From the NCBI RefSeq assembly GCF_013365455.1, contig NZ_CP046578.1, positions 840,001 through 872,000 on the forward strand: a stretch of DNA of 32,000 nt, read 5' to 3'. Origin of the DNA: Wolbachia endosymbiont of Dirofilaria (Dirofilaria) immitis (lineage in GTDB: Bacteria; Pseudomonadota; Alphaproteobacteria; Rickettsiales; Anaplasmataceae). The notes beneath the pieces were generated by a model. The model saw nothing but the letters and a program-made list of their open reading frames with translations, was not told the origin of the DNA and searched no databases. The translations under genes and the position numbers were made by a program. Below are positions 10,567 to 19,299 of this stretch, piece by piece. Numbering within the stretch: position 1 is the stretch's first letter; every line of letters begins with the position of its first letter.

Positions 10567-10944
10567 AACGTTTTCTGGTTTTAGCAAACAGATTAATAAT
10601 TATTCTTGCCGCTCATGCAAGGTATTCTGTTCCTCAGTAGCTAATTTGTGTTATAGCGGCAAATTTTACTCACTAACAGTAGAGATATTTAGAAAACTTA
10701 AAACCTATCTACAGTCTTTTCCATAAAAGAATTAACCTCAACAAAAAAATATATTTACAAGTAGTGTGAAGATGCATACTTAATTTCATCTTGCATGCAG
10801 TACACTTTTCTAAGTCTTTTTTATAAATGAAATTTCATGCCTAGATTTCAGACACCTAACTTTTTCTCTTCAGCCAAGAGCTCTGACTGTCAATAATTCT
10901 TACATTTATCTTAGTAATCAGAGTTTAGTTAAATAAGATATACT

Positions 10945-11878
10945 TCATACTAAATCTAATATTTTAAACCTAACATTTTCAGTAATACCACCTGGCATAA
11001 CTGAAACCTTCACACCCTTGTTTATTCTCAAGTAGTTTATTAATTCATCAACTAATATATTAGGAGCAGAACCACCTGCAGTAATCCCTAACTTTTCTAT
11101 GCCCTGTAACCAACTCCTATTCACATAGTTATAGTTATCAATTAAATAAGCCCTTCTTCCTCTTGCAGTACACAGATCTAATAAGCGGTTTGAGTTCGCA
11201 CTATTTTTGCTTCCTACAATTAATACTATGTCTACAAACTCAGCTAGTTTTTTTGATAGCACTCTGCCTATTTTGTGTTGCATAGCATATATCTTTTAAA
11301 TTAGGACCTATAATGTTTGGAAATCTAAGCTTTAGGGCAGTAATAATTTTGCCAGTATCATCAACGCTTAGAGTGGTTTGTGTGATATAAGATAAATTAT
11401 CTGGATCTTTAACTTTTAAATCGTATACATCTTCTACAGTTTGTACTAAAGCAATAGGATTATCTACTCTTCCTCTAATTCCCTTAACCTCTGGATGAGT
11501 TTCATTCCCAATTAGAATTAATTCTTTACCATTATCCTCATATCCTTTTGCTTCTTTATGCACTTTGCTAACTAGAGGACATGTTGCATCAACCACTTGG
11601 ATACCCTTCCTTTTTACTTCCTCTTCTATATTTTTTGACACTCCATCTGCACTAAAAACTAATATCCCACCATTATCTTTAATATCCTTAATACTGCTTA
11701 CAAAAATCATTCCTTGTCTTTTAAAATCCTCTACCACATATGTTATTGTGAACAATCTCATGTAGTACATAAACTCGACGATTACCTTTGTATTTTTCTA
11801 AAGCAATAGCCCCAACATAGCCATTGCTCTTTTGACTCCCGCACAAAGCCCGCGTGGTTCAGTTAAAATAATTTCCAT
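10945..11878 (-). pseudogene. ispH: 4-hydroxy-3-methylbut-2-enyl diphosphate reductase (IspH/LytB), split into 4 frame segments by three 1-nt indels
   Basis: The ATG at 11878 gives MEIILTEPRGLCAGVKRAMAMLG, then a frame change at the GGGG run 11810-11813 (stop at 11798-11800). [22 protein letters not shown] follows, then a frame change near 11742. ORF 11240..11770 then reads [10 protein letters not shown]...DATCPLV...[14 protein letters not shown], with a frame change in the A7 run (11248-11254). ORF 10945..11283 completes it ([22 protein letters not shown]...GITAGGSAP). Total length is 934 nt, which is 3n+1. Confidence 0.85.
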
Positions 11879-13292
11879 TTTTTCCAAATTAGATTGGTAT
11901 ACAAGCATTACTCAAAAATAATGCTCAGCCCATTATGTCTTATAGTACTATTATTTTATATAATAGTCATTTTCATATATTTTCTTTAATACTTAATCAG
12001 CTGGGTGTCACAGGAAGCTTAAAAAAGCATACTAAAAATACAGACAGCCTAACATTTCGATAAAAATGGAGCAGTAAATATACTAATAATATTCATTGCA
12101 TATAAGTTCAATAAAAGTAAGAAATCCAGAGAGTATAACAGTACAACTGTATTCTATCTTAGATGGATATATAAAGGTTTATATAAAATGCTTACTTCAA
12201 AGAATTATCTGAATAAAAGAAAACTTAACCTTAAAGAAGCTATTGACAATAAAAAACACAGGTGTGTAAGGAATAGTTTTATGTGAAAACATAATTCTCA
12301 TAGCAATTTGTTTTCACACGTGCTCAGCTGTACTTATATAGATGGAGGAAGCATTACCAGAATTGAAGTGTATATAAATAAAGCTAGATCACAACGCTAT
12401 GTTACTCTGATACCACTAGGCAATCATGTTTAGCCATCTTTAGATCTACAAGTACAAAGTATAAGCACATGAGAAATTAGCTAAAACTATAAACAGGCAT
12501 CAAGCTCCCAGTAGAGTAAGAATTGTTTTAAATGGGAAAACATAAGATTATTTCGATAGTTAGAGTCCATGTAGTTTTAACCCTAATCTACAGAATAAAG
12601 CAAAAGATGCATAAAAGTTTAACCACACTAGTCTATAAGGTACACGTCATGTAGACTATATACTAAAACTCTTTATAACAGAGCTGCAGCATTTGATGCA
12701 TACGTTATAAAAATTAGTGATTTCACAATATATCAAAGTCAATACCTATTAGAGAATATATAATCCACGATCTTTATAAGCTTACCCCCCACCAACATTA
12801 GTGCAGCAAAAAATCGCTGTCAAATTAGGTATTAACAAATAAATAGAACACCTTAAAGATGCGAAGTTATTTTCACTTTTAAAAATAGAAATGCCAGAAA
12901 ATTTATACCAACACCCTAACCAAATAGAGTGAAAGCATTTTAATAACATTATCTTATAGTTAGAATAGCTGTAACTCTCATACACATTATATAAACTGCA
13001 GCAAAATTAGGCAACAGTAGAACATTCCACAACATAACTTCAATATTTAATAAAGAAAGCATTAGAGAACAGATTATTACAAGAAGCCCTCTAGGGGAGA
13101 TAAAAAAACTACTATACACAGCAGTAAGCTGAATCAAATATGATAAAAACATGAATATAGCACCGTTTATAGGAAAACTATACGCTTAACTAGATATATA
13201 TTACCGATAACCTCAGAGTATCATTATATCGAAGAGTGATTGCTGCACTCAGCTAAAAATGGTTATAAATAAAATATCACTTATACTAAGTG

Positions 13293-13658
13293 CTATACTT
13301 GAGGTGTAAATTGTATTTTCTTTATCAAAAACTTAAGTCTATAATTTTGTTTATCTTTATTGATACAAAGAAACCCATCTTCTGTTACTTTACAGTTCTC
13401 AGCGGCAATATCTAAATTGATTTTTTCACCACTTTCATTCATACTAAAACGAACCCTTGGCTCAGAAAAATCAACCACATCAACCCCAACTTTCTTTATT
13501 ACCTTCCCATCTAGAGAAATCAAATCAAACTCCCAAATATTATTTAGATCAATGTTCCCTATATAATAATTACACTTACCATCTGCGCAGTATGAACTTT
13601 CAACTACATAACCTTCACTAGGAAAGTCAATGAAAAAACCCCACAAATCATCTGACAT
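13293..13658 (-). CDS. Hypothetical acidic protein, 121 aa, 4 Cys, no recognisable domain
   Basis: ATG-initiated ORF with composition like neighbouring real genes. It has no TM segment or signal peptide and sits just downstream of a terminator-like hairpin. I recognised no homology. Confidence 0.45.
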   Translation of the reverse strand: MSDDLWGFFIDFPSEGYVVESSYCADGKCNYYIGNIDLNNIWEFDLISLDGKVIKKVGVDVVDFSEPRVRFSMNESGEKINLDIAAENCKVTEDGFLCINKDKQNYRLKFLIKKIQFTPQV

Positions 13659-13685
13659 ATATAGAGTACCTTTACACCTACTATC

Positions 13686-13719
13686 AAAAAGCTAAGTATA
13701 CTTAAAAGTATACTTAGCT
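13686..13719 (-). terminator. Candidate intrinsic terminator after the elbB-like gene
   Basis: Perfect palindrome AGCTAAGTATACTT-AA-AAGTATACTTAGCT (13690-13719, 14-nt arms). On the minus strand it is followed by TTTT (13686-13689). It lies 49 nt downstream of the 13768 stop. The stem is AT-rich and the U-tract is short. Confidence 0.4.
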
Positions 13720-13767
13720 ATAATATACCTCAAAACGTAAAGTCCAACAATTAGTTATGCAAGACAA

Positions 13768-14481
13768 TTACTTAATTCCTCTTGTTAACTTTTTTACCAT
13801 ACTATCAATCATATGCTTTATTCCTTGATATACAGAATACACTCCTTCATCGCTACGTATGTAAGCAGAACAGGAAAACACATTATACTTTTCATCTTCT
13901 ATTGATAACTCTGTATCACACTTTATATGCTCACCACCTAACTTTTCTATCAACTTTTCTCTATCATCTCCTATTGTCACCTTAATTCTATCCTTTCCTT
14001 TACCAATTTTACCACTTAGAATAAAAGCAACTATTGCTGGAGATATACATATTGCCCCTATTGGTTTTTTTGCAATAAAAAATTCAGAGACTAACCTTTC
14101 AAACTCAGGTAGTACTGTTACTATATCTTTGTTCTCAGCTAAGTCAGATAAATTCTTAGCAACCCCATATCCACCTGGTATAACTAACATATCAAAGTCT
14201 TTAACTTTTGCTTCTTTAAGGTCACATATCTCACCTCTCGCGATTCTTGCTGCTTCTATAAGTACATTCCTTTTTTCTTTCACTGCTTCCTTTGCTCTAT
14301 GGTTCATGACCTGTGCAACATCGATATCAGGAGCAAAACATTTAACTTCAACTTCTTGCTGATCAAGAACCAGCAAACTTAAGACTCCTTCTCTTACCTC
14401 AGTGCCGTCAAGGTGACCACACCCTGATAAAACTACAGCAGCTTTTAATTTTTTCTCACCCATAGAATACCTTATTTTCAT
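13768..14481 (-). CDS. elbB: ElbB-like DJ-1/PfpI-superfamily protein (class I glutamine amidotransferase-like)
   Basis: Collinear with E. coli ElbB: AAVVLSGCGHLDGTEVREGVLSLL...CFAPD...NHRAKEAVKEKRNVLIEAARIARGEI...LVIPGGYGVAKNLSD...PIGAICISPA. An alternative start is ATG 14463 (MGEKKLK), which has AAGG upstream. Confidence 0.9.
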   Translation of the reverse strand: MKIRYSMGEKKLKAAVVLSGCGHLDGTEVREGVLSLLVLDQQEVEVKCFAPDIDVAQVMNHRAKEAVKEKRNVLIEAARIARGEICDLKEAKVKDFDMLVIPGGYGVAKNLSDLAENKDIVTVLPEFERLVSEFFIAKKPIGAICISPAIVAFILSGKIGKGKDRIKVTIGDDREKLIEKLGGEHIKCDTELSIEDEKYNVFSCSAYIRSDEGVYSVYQGIKHMIDSMVKKLTRGIK

Positions 14482-15111
14482 ATAATCTAGGTATTGTAAT
14501 ACAAATTCTATATTTGGGAAGAATTAATTACTTATATTAACTATATTATAATTAATAATCAATTATGAATAAAATGCAGCACCTAGCTCAAGATTTAGCC
14601 TTAACTAAAGCGGAAGAATATACTTAATTCATTAAGTAATAATAAGAGCAGGAGGTAGTTGTTAAAAAACAATATTAAAAAATTAATAGAAGTAAAAAAT
14701 TCAAAAGATTAGCTAAATAAGTCAGTAAAGATCGGGTAACAATGAAAAAAAACTGTAATTTTAAACAATCGATCGTTAATCCAAAGAAAATTATAATGGA
14801 ACACAGTATTTAGTAACCGGTTTAATCATAGTAGCTATAGAACTTTATAGGAGAGCCACATATAAACACAGAGATGAAATAAAAAAAAGAGACAATTGGT
14901 ACAGGAAGAAAATTAATGTTTTTAAAAAATTGATAAAATTCTTAAAACTTGAATCTTAAAAAGAAAGAATAACTTTGATAAATTAAATCAGGAATTATCT
15001 AAATTTACTAGAGATAATTATGTATTAGGAAAAGAGAAAAACCAAAAGCCATCAGAAGCATGTTTCACAATGAAAAGCAACGGTAATTATAAAGGGGGGG
15101 AGTAACAAAGA

Positions 15112-15288
15112 ATGAAATTACCCAAAGCTTTTCCAAAAAAAGAATATGGAAAGGCTTATAGAAAAGTGCATTATACTAATGGAAAAGATATAGAAACACT
15201 TAAGGAAGCCCGTGGACAAATTTCAACTGCAATTCGGTCATTAGTAAAAATGAGAAAAAAGCAGAAAAAAAGGCCAACAAAAAAGTGA
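15112..15288 (+). CDS. Candidate small basic protein (58 aa), missed by the ORF track
   Basis: ATG at 15112 is preceded by GGGGGGGAG (15094-15102) at a 9-nt spacing, with an in-frame TAA just upstream. The product is MKLPKAFPKKEYGKAYRKVHYTNGKDIETLKEARGQISTAIRSLVKMRKKQKKRPTKK. It may instead be the last open fragment of a decayed gene. Confidence 0.3.
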   Translation: MKLPKAFPKKEYGKAYRKVHYTNGKDIETLKEARGQISTAIRSLVKMRKKQKKRPTKK

Positions 15289-15416
15289 AGTGCATTCCAG
15301 ATTCTCAAGTAGGCGATCCAAGTTTTCAAGAAATTAATAGGTAAGGAAAGGTAATCAGCCTCAAATAATTTGCCATAGCATAGTACTAATACAATTTTTC
15401 TCTAAAAGAAGCCGCT

Positions 15417-16760
15417 TTACTTCCTACTTAACATATCCATTAAATCAGATTCTTTAAGTCTGCTGTGACCAACTTTACCAAATTTATTAACCATTGCGTT
15501 CATTTGATCATACTGTTTAATTAAAAGATTAATATCTGATACTCTCGTTCCAGAACCTTTAGCAATTCTAAGCCTTCTCCTACCATTTAAAATATCCGGA
15601 TCTAGCTTTTCTTTTTTAGTCATTGAATTTATGATAGCTATATATTTTTTTACTTTATCATCATCTGGCACTCCACTACTTAGCTTTTTTGCGAACGAGC
15701 TTGGGATGAATCTTATTATATTGCTGATACTATCCATTTTTTTTAGGGTTTTTAGCATCCTTACCAGGTCATTTAAATCAAATTTACCTTTTCTTATTTT
15801 CTCTTGCAATTTATCAATTTCTTCCTGACCAACTATCTCAGCAGCTCTTTCAACTAATGAGATAACGTCACCCATGCCGAGTATTCTTTTTGCTATTCTA
15901 TCAGGATAAAAGTCGTCAAGGTCGCTTAATCTTTCACCACAAGCAATGAACTTAATTGGACAATTAGTTGTCATTTTCATAGAAAGGGCAGCACCGCCAC
16001 GTGCATCACCGTCAACACGGGTAAGAACAATACCAGTTACACCTATTATTTCATTAAATGATTTGACAATGTCTACTGCACTTTGGCCAATCATTGCATC
16101 AGCTACTAAAATAATTTCTGCAGGTGAAGTCATTTTCTTTATAGCTTTCAACTCATTCATCATATCATTGTTGATGTGAAGCCTACCTGCAGTGTCTAGT
16201 ATTAACACATCATAATTGCCACTTTTTGCTACTGACAATGCTCTTTTTGTAATTGTAATAGGCTCCTCACCTGTAACTATAGGTAAAGTTTGTATACCTA
16301 TTTGTTTTCCTAGTACTTCGAGCTGTTTTTGAGCAGCAGGCCTATAAATATCCAATGAGGTAAGCATTATTTTTTTCTTCTGTCTCTTTAGCTTTAAAGC
16401 AAGCTTTCCTGAGGTAGTTGTTTTACCCACACCCTGTAAACCTATCATCATAATCACAGTAGGAAGCTTAACTGTTAGATTTAACTCACTTTTTTTTGAT
16501 CCAAGAATCGTAACCAAGTTATCCTGCACAATTTTAATTATCATTTGTACTGGAGAAATACTTTTTATAACTTTCTCCCCTACTACCTTATCTTTAACGT
16601 CATTGATAAATTTTTTTATAACTTCTAGGGAAACGTCAGCTTCAATTAGGGCTATGCGTATTTCACGCATAGCAAGATTGAAATCATCCTCAGAAATGAT
16701 CGATTTTCCTTTAAGTCTATTAAATACAGAATTTAAACTTTCAGTTAATGATTTAAACAT
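15417..16760 (-). CDS. ffh: Signal recognition particle protein Ffh (SRP54)
   Basis: N domain, then the G domain with GLQGVGKTTTSGKLA, DTAGRL and TRVDGDARGGAALS, then a Met-rich M domain. Length is 447 aa. Confidence 0.97.
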   Translation of the reverse strand: MFKSLTESLNSVFNRLKGKSIISEDDFNLAMREIRIALIEADVSLEVIKKFINDVKDKVVGEKVIKSISPVQMIIKIVQDNLVTILGSKKSELNLTVKLPTVIMMIGLQGVGKTTTSGKLALKLKRQKKKIMLTSLDIYRPAAQKQLEVLGKQIGIQTLPIVTGEEPITITKRALSVAKSGNYDVLILDTAGRLHINNDMMNELKAIKKMTSPAEIILVADAMIGQSAVDIVKSFNEIIGVTGIVLTRVDGDARGGAALSMKMTTNCPIKFIACGERLSDLDDFYPDRIAKRILGMGDVISLVERAAEIVGQEEIDKLQEKIRKGKFDLNDLVRMLKTLKKMDSISNIIRFIPSSFAKKLSSGVPDDDKVKKYIAIINSMTKKEKLDPDILNGRRRLRIAKGSGTRVSDINLLIKQYDQMNAMVNKFGKVGHSRLKESDLMDMLSRK

Positions 16761-18292
16761 AACAACACTAGTAGAATACTCATTAAAAAAAGAGAAGAAG
16801 CTGAAACAAAACTCACTGAGTTATAACTTAGCACTTCCTTGAGTTTAACAGCACTATTAAAGCATAAACCAATAAGTGAATCAGTCAAGTTTTGCAGTGT
16901 ACCAGCAGATATTTTTCTCACTCTAAAAACTAATTTATTAAGTAATAAAGCAATATAGGGTATGAGAGCTCTAAAAGTCCAATCGATATCCATTTTAAAA
17001 CTTATTCTTGGCAAAAAGAACTTGCGTAAAGGAATAAACAACAAAGTAGTACATAGTAGTAAATTAAATTGTGACCAGATATTTTCAGCATTGTACACAA
17101 AATTAAAGATTAAAGATTGATTGTAAATAGGTAAATAAGGGTTACCAATTATTACACATATAGATGCCAAAAAAATCATTACTATTTTACTATCCTTTTC
17201 CTTAGAAAGAGTCAACTTACTTTTAGTAATAAATACATAATAGAGAAACTTAAGTCCCACACTTAAATAAATTAATAAGTTAAGAACTTTATATAAGTTC
17301 TTATATAATCTTAAATTAACACCATTCATTTCAATTTCAGCTACAATGCATAACTTACTGATAAACCCAGCAGTTCCAGGAAATCCAGCCATTGTAAGTA
17401 CTGCAATTAAAGCACATATACCTTCAGCTGATACGAGTTTACTCAATCCACTAAAACTAATCATTTTTGTTTGTGAAATAATCGCATTAGCAATTACAAA
17501 CAGTAATGATTGGTAACTAAGAGAGAAAATTATATGTAGTATTAAAACTGGTACTGCTTTTTCCGAAGAGCTAAGCAAGCTTCCTGCAATGATAAGTAAA
17601 CCCATCTGCCCTATGATGTTATAGCATAAAAATCTGCGAATATTTTGCTCAAGAGAAGCAAATATTATGCTATAAATTACAGTTATAGAGCCAAAAAAAG
17701 CTAAAGTTTTAGTATATACGGTATAACTGTGTAAAAGTATAGCTAAAAAAGAAACTTTAGTGGCAAATAAAGAAAGATATGTAGTGCCATGTAACGATGC
17801 AGCAGGGTATGCATCAACAACCCAAAACGAGAAAGGAAAACAAGCACAATTTATTAGTAAACCTACGATTACTAAATTAGAGTTTTGAGTTGCCAACCCT
17901 GCTGTTAATATAACCCCAGCAAAAAAGTGTATACAAGCATATCTTACTGCAGGCCCATTGTCTTTGCTGCCAGCGATCATAAAAGATGCACTAACAGCCA
18001 TCAATTCATAGAATATTATAACCAATATTATCTGCTTAGATAATATTGCACACAATGAACTAACGGTATAAGCAAGAGAAGACAACATCTCCGAAAATCT
18101 CAGGTTTCTTGCTGGTAGAACAATTAGAAATGCAGTCAACAAAAAAGATATTAATATAACGCGAAAAGACAAATCAAAATTTAGAACTGGATACAACCAG
18201 TTTAATGTCATACCCAAGCTTTCAGGTAACATTAGTACTATGATCACTAACACAGCTAGCAGAAGCAATAGTGAAAATTTATAAAACTGCAT
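16745..18292 (-). CDS. Proton-conducting membrane transporter subunit, MrpD/MnhD / NuoN-like (PF00361-type)
   Basis: 515 aa polytopic protein with the family core FPFSFWVVDAYPAASLHGTTYLSLFATKVSFLAILL and a GFPGTAGFISK segment. Its stop overlaps the ffh start by 16 nt. Confidence 0.82.
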   Translation of the reverse strand: MQFYKFSLLLLLAVLVIIVLMLPESLGMTLNWLYPVLNFDLSFRVILISFLLTAFLIVLPARNLRFSEMLSSLAYTVSSLCAILSKQIILVIIFYELMAVSASFMIAGSKDNGPAVRYACIHFFAGVILTAGLATQNSNLVIVGLLINCACFPFSFWVVDAYPAASLHGTTYLSLFATKVSFLAILLHSYTVYTKTLAFFGSITVIYSIIFASLEQNIRRFLCYNIIGQMGLLIIAGSLLSSSEKAVPVLILHIIFSLSYQSLLFVIANAIISQTKMISFSGLSKLVSAEGICALIAVLTMAGFPGTAGFISKLCIVAEIEMNGVNLRLYKNLYKVLNLLIYLSVGLKFLYYVFITKSKLTLSKEKDSKIVMIFLASICVIIGNPYLPIYNQSLIFNFVYNAENIWSQFNLLLCTTLLFIPLRKFFLPRISFKMDIDWTFRALIPYIALLLNKLVFRVRKISAGTLQNLTDSLIGLCFNSAVKLKEVLSYNSVSFVSASSLFLMSILLVLLCLNH

Positions 18293-18407
18293 GATAACTT
18301 AAGCTAAGATAGCTCATTCTATCTAAATGAATAGATAAAAATCAATCTTTATGCAATTACCTTTTAACTACTAGTTAAACTAATCACCATATAATTCATC
18401 AGTGTAC

Positions 18408-18443
18408 AAAAAAATCGGTCAGATTAGCTCTAATCTGACCGAT
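18408..18443 (-). terminator. Strong Rho-independent terminator (minus strand)
   Basis: Stem TCGGTCAGATTA / TAATCTGACCGA (18415-18426 / 18431-18442, 12 perfect bp plus an A14:T43 pair) with a GCTC loop. On the minus strand it is followed by T7 (18408-18414). Confidence 0.6.
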
Positions 18444-19299
18444 AGCTCTAATAGTGAGGTAAGCTTCACTATAACATGTTCATTCTATAGTACTACATCC
18501 GTACACAATTTATTTTAAATTTATACACAAGCATTAGTAAATTATTTACTTCTTAAAAACAAAGTTTAGCATTGCTTTTTTTATAGCAGTACAAAGTTAA
18601 CTGTTCTCTCAGCTTTACGCTATCATATTAAAATGGTTATTGTAATACAAAGTTACTAATAATATATATATAGAATAATAGGTAAAGTACTGAGAAAATA
18701 GCAGTATAACAATTGTAATCTCACACTAGCTAGAGTGAAGAAAACTCTAAAAAGGGAGTTGAGTAACAGAAATTAAACTATAAGATCTTCTGAAAACTGT
18801 ACAGTATATGTTAACATTCCTTTGTGTTACATTCTAAGGAATTGCACAGAATGTTGTTACGTTTCCTTATATTTTACCTTCAGCCATAATAACTATGGTA
18901 ACAAAATTACATTTATCTAGCATACTTAAATACCCTATCGTGTAAATACTTTTTACCATAGTATTCCCTAAAACACTGTTTACACAGTCTGCACTATCAA
19001 CACCAAAAAGCTTTTTACATATTCCTAGATCTTTAACTGCACAGTGTTACATAAGCTTAAATTTATCACCGCCATCTTCACAAAAAGAAAATTTCCTTTT
19101 TTATTCACTACTACAGTTATAAGTCTATTACTTCTTTATCTTTTACTCAAAACTTACTACTACCTTTGCTTATGAAATATTATTCCTTTGAAAGGATAAG
19201 TAGTAAACAATATATTATAAAACTACCTAATAAAAAGAGTCACTATAATATTAATTATATTAATATTATACATTATAGAATAACTAATGTAAAATAGAT
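18444..19299 (-). pseudogene. Probable decayed 3' portion (NAD-binding/Fe-S half of the FNR/PyrK-like module) of the upstream oxidoreductase gene
   Basis: The 971-aa ORF stops 7 codons after the GPTG motif that ends an FNR-like FAD barrel. The same frame continues through many stops as ...LFLLGSFIIYCLLLILSKE*YFISKGSSKF*VKDKEVIDL..., and another frame holds the open fragment HCAVKDLGICKKLFGVDSADCVNSVLGNTMVKSIYTIGYLSMLDKCNFVTIVIMAEGKI. The region ends at the 18408-18443 terminator. The identification is weak. Confidence 0.35.

Larger units (their letters stand above)
7919..10587 (-). repeat. Tandem head-to-tail duplication of the permease gene (register about 1,373 bp)
   Basis: The two CDS are collinear. 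The 26-nt run agcaacacagattgtaccaagtacta is identical at 8504-8529 and 9877-9902 (offset 1373), and its flanks are near-identical. Confidence 0.85.

Noticed and set aside
11248-11254. The A7 tract in ispH could be a programmed or transcriptional slippage site that restores the frame.
   Set aside because: Slippage rescue described in endosymbionts generally involves longer poly(A) tracts. Two further frame disruptions (11810-11813 and about 11742, the latter not in a homopolymer) would still break the gene. Sequencing error at this one site cannot be excluded.
12282-12318. A 10-bp perfect inverted repeat TGTGAAAACA ... TGTTTTCACA with a 17-nt spacer.
   Set aside because: It has no adjacent U-tract and no gene context, since it sits inside the relic spacer. 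One isolated AT-rich inverted repeat of this size is not compelling.
12782-13152. Two overlapping 67-aa minus-strand ORFs (12782..12985 and 12949..13152) could be intact genes.
   Set aside because: They are short, overlap each other in different frames, lack SD or start context, and are flanked by similar hydrophobic fragments interrupted by stops. They are better explained as pieces of one decayed membrane-protein gene.
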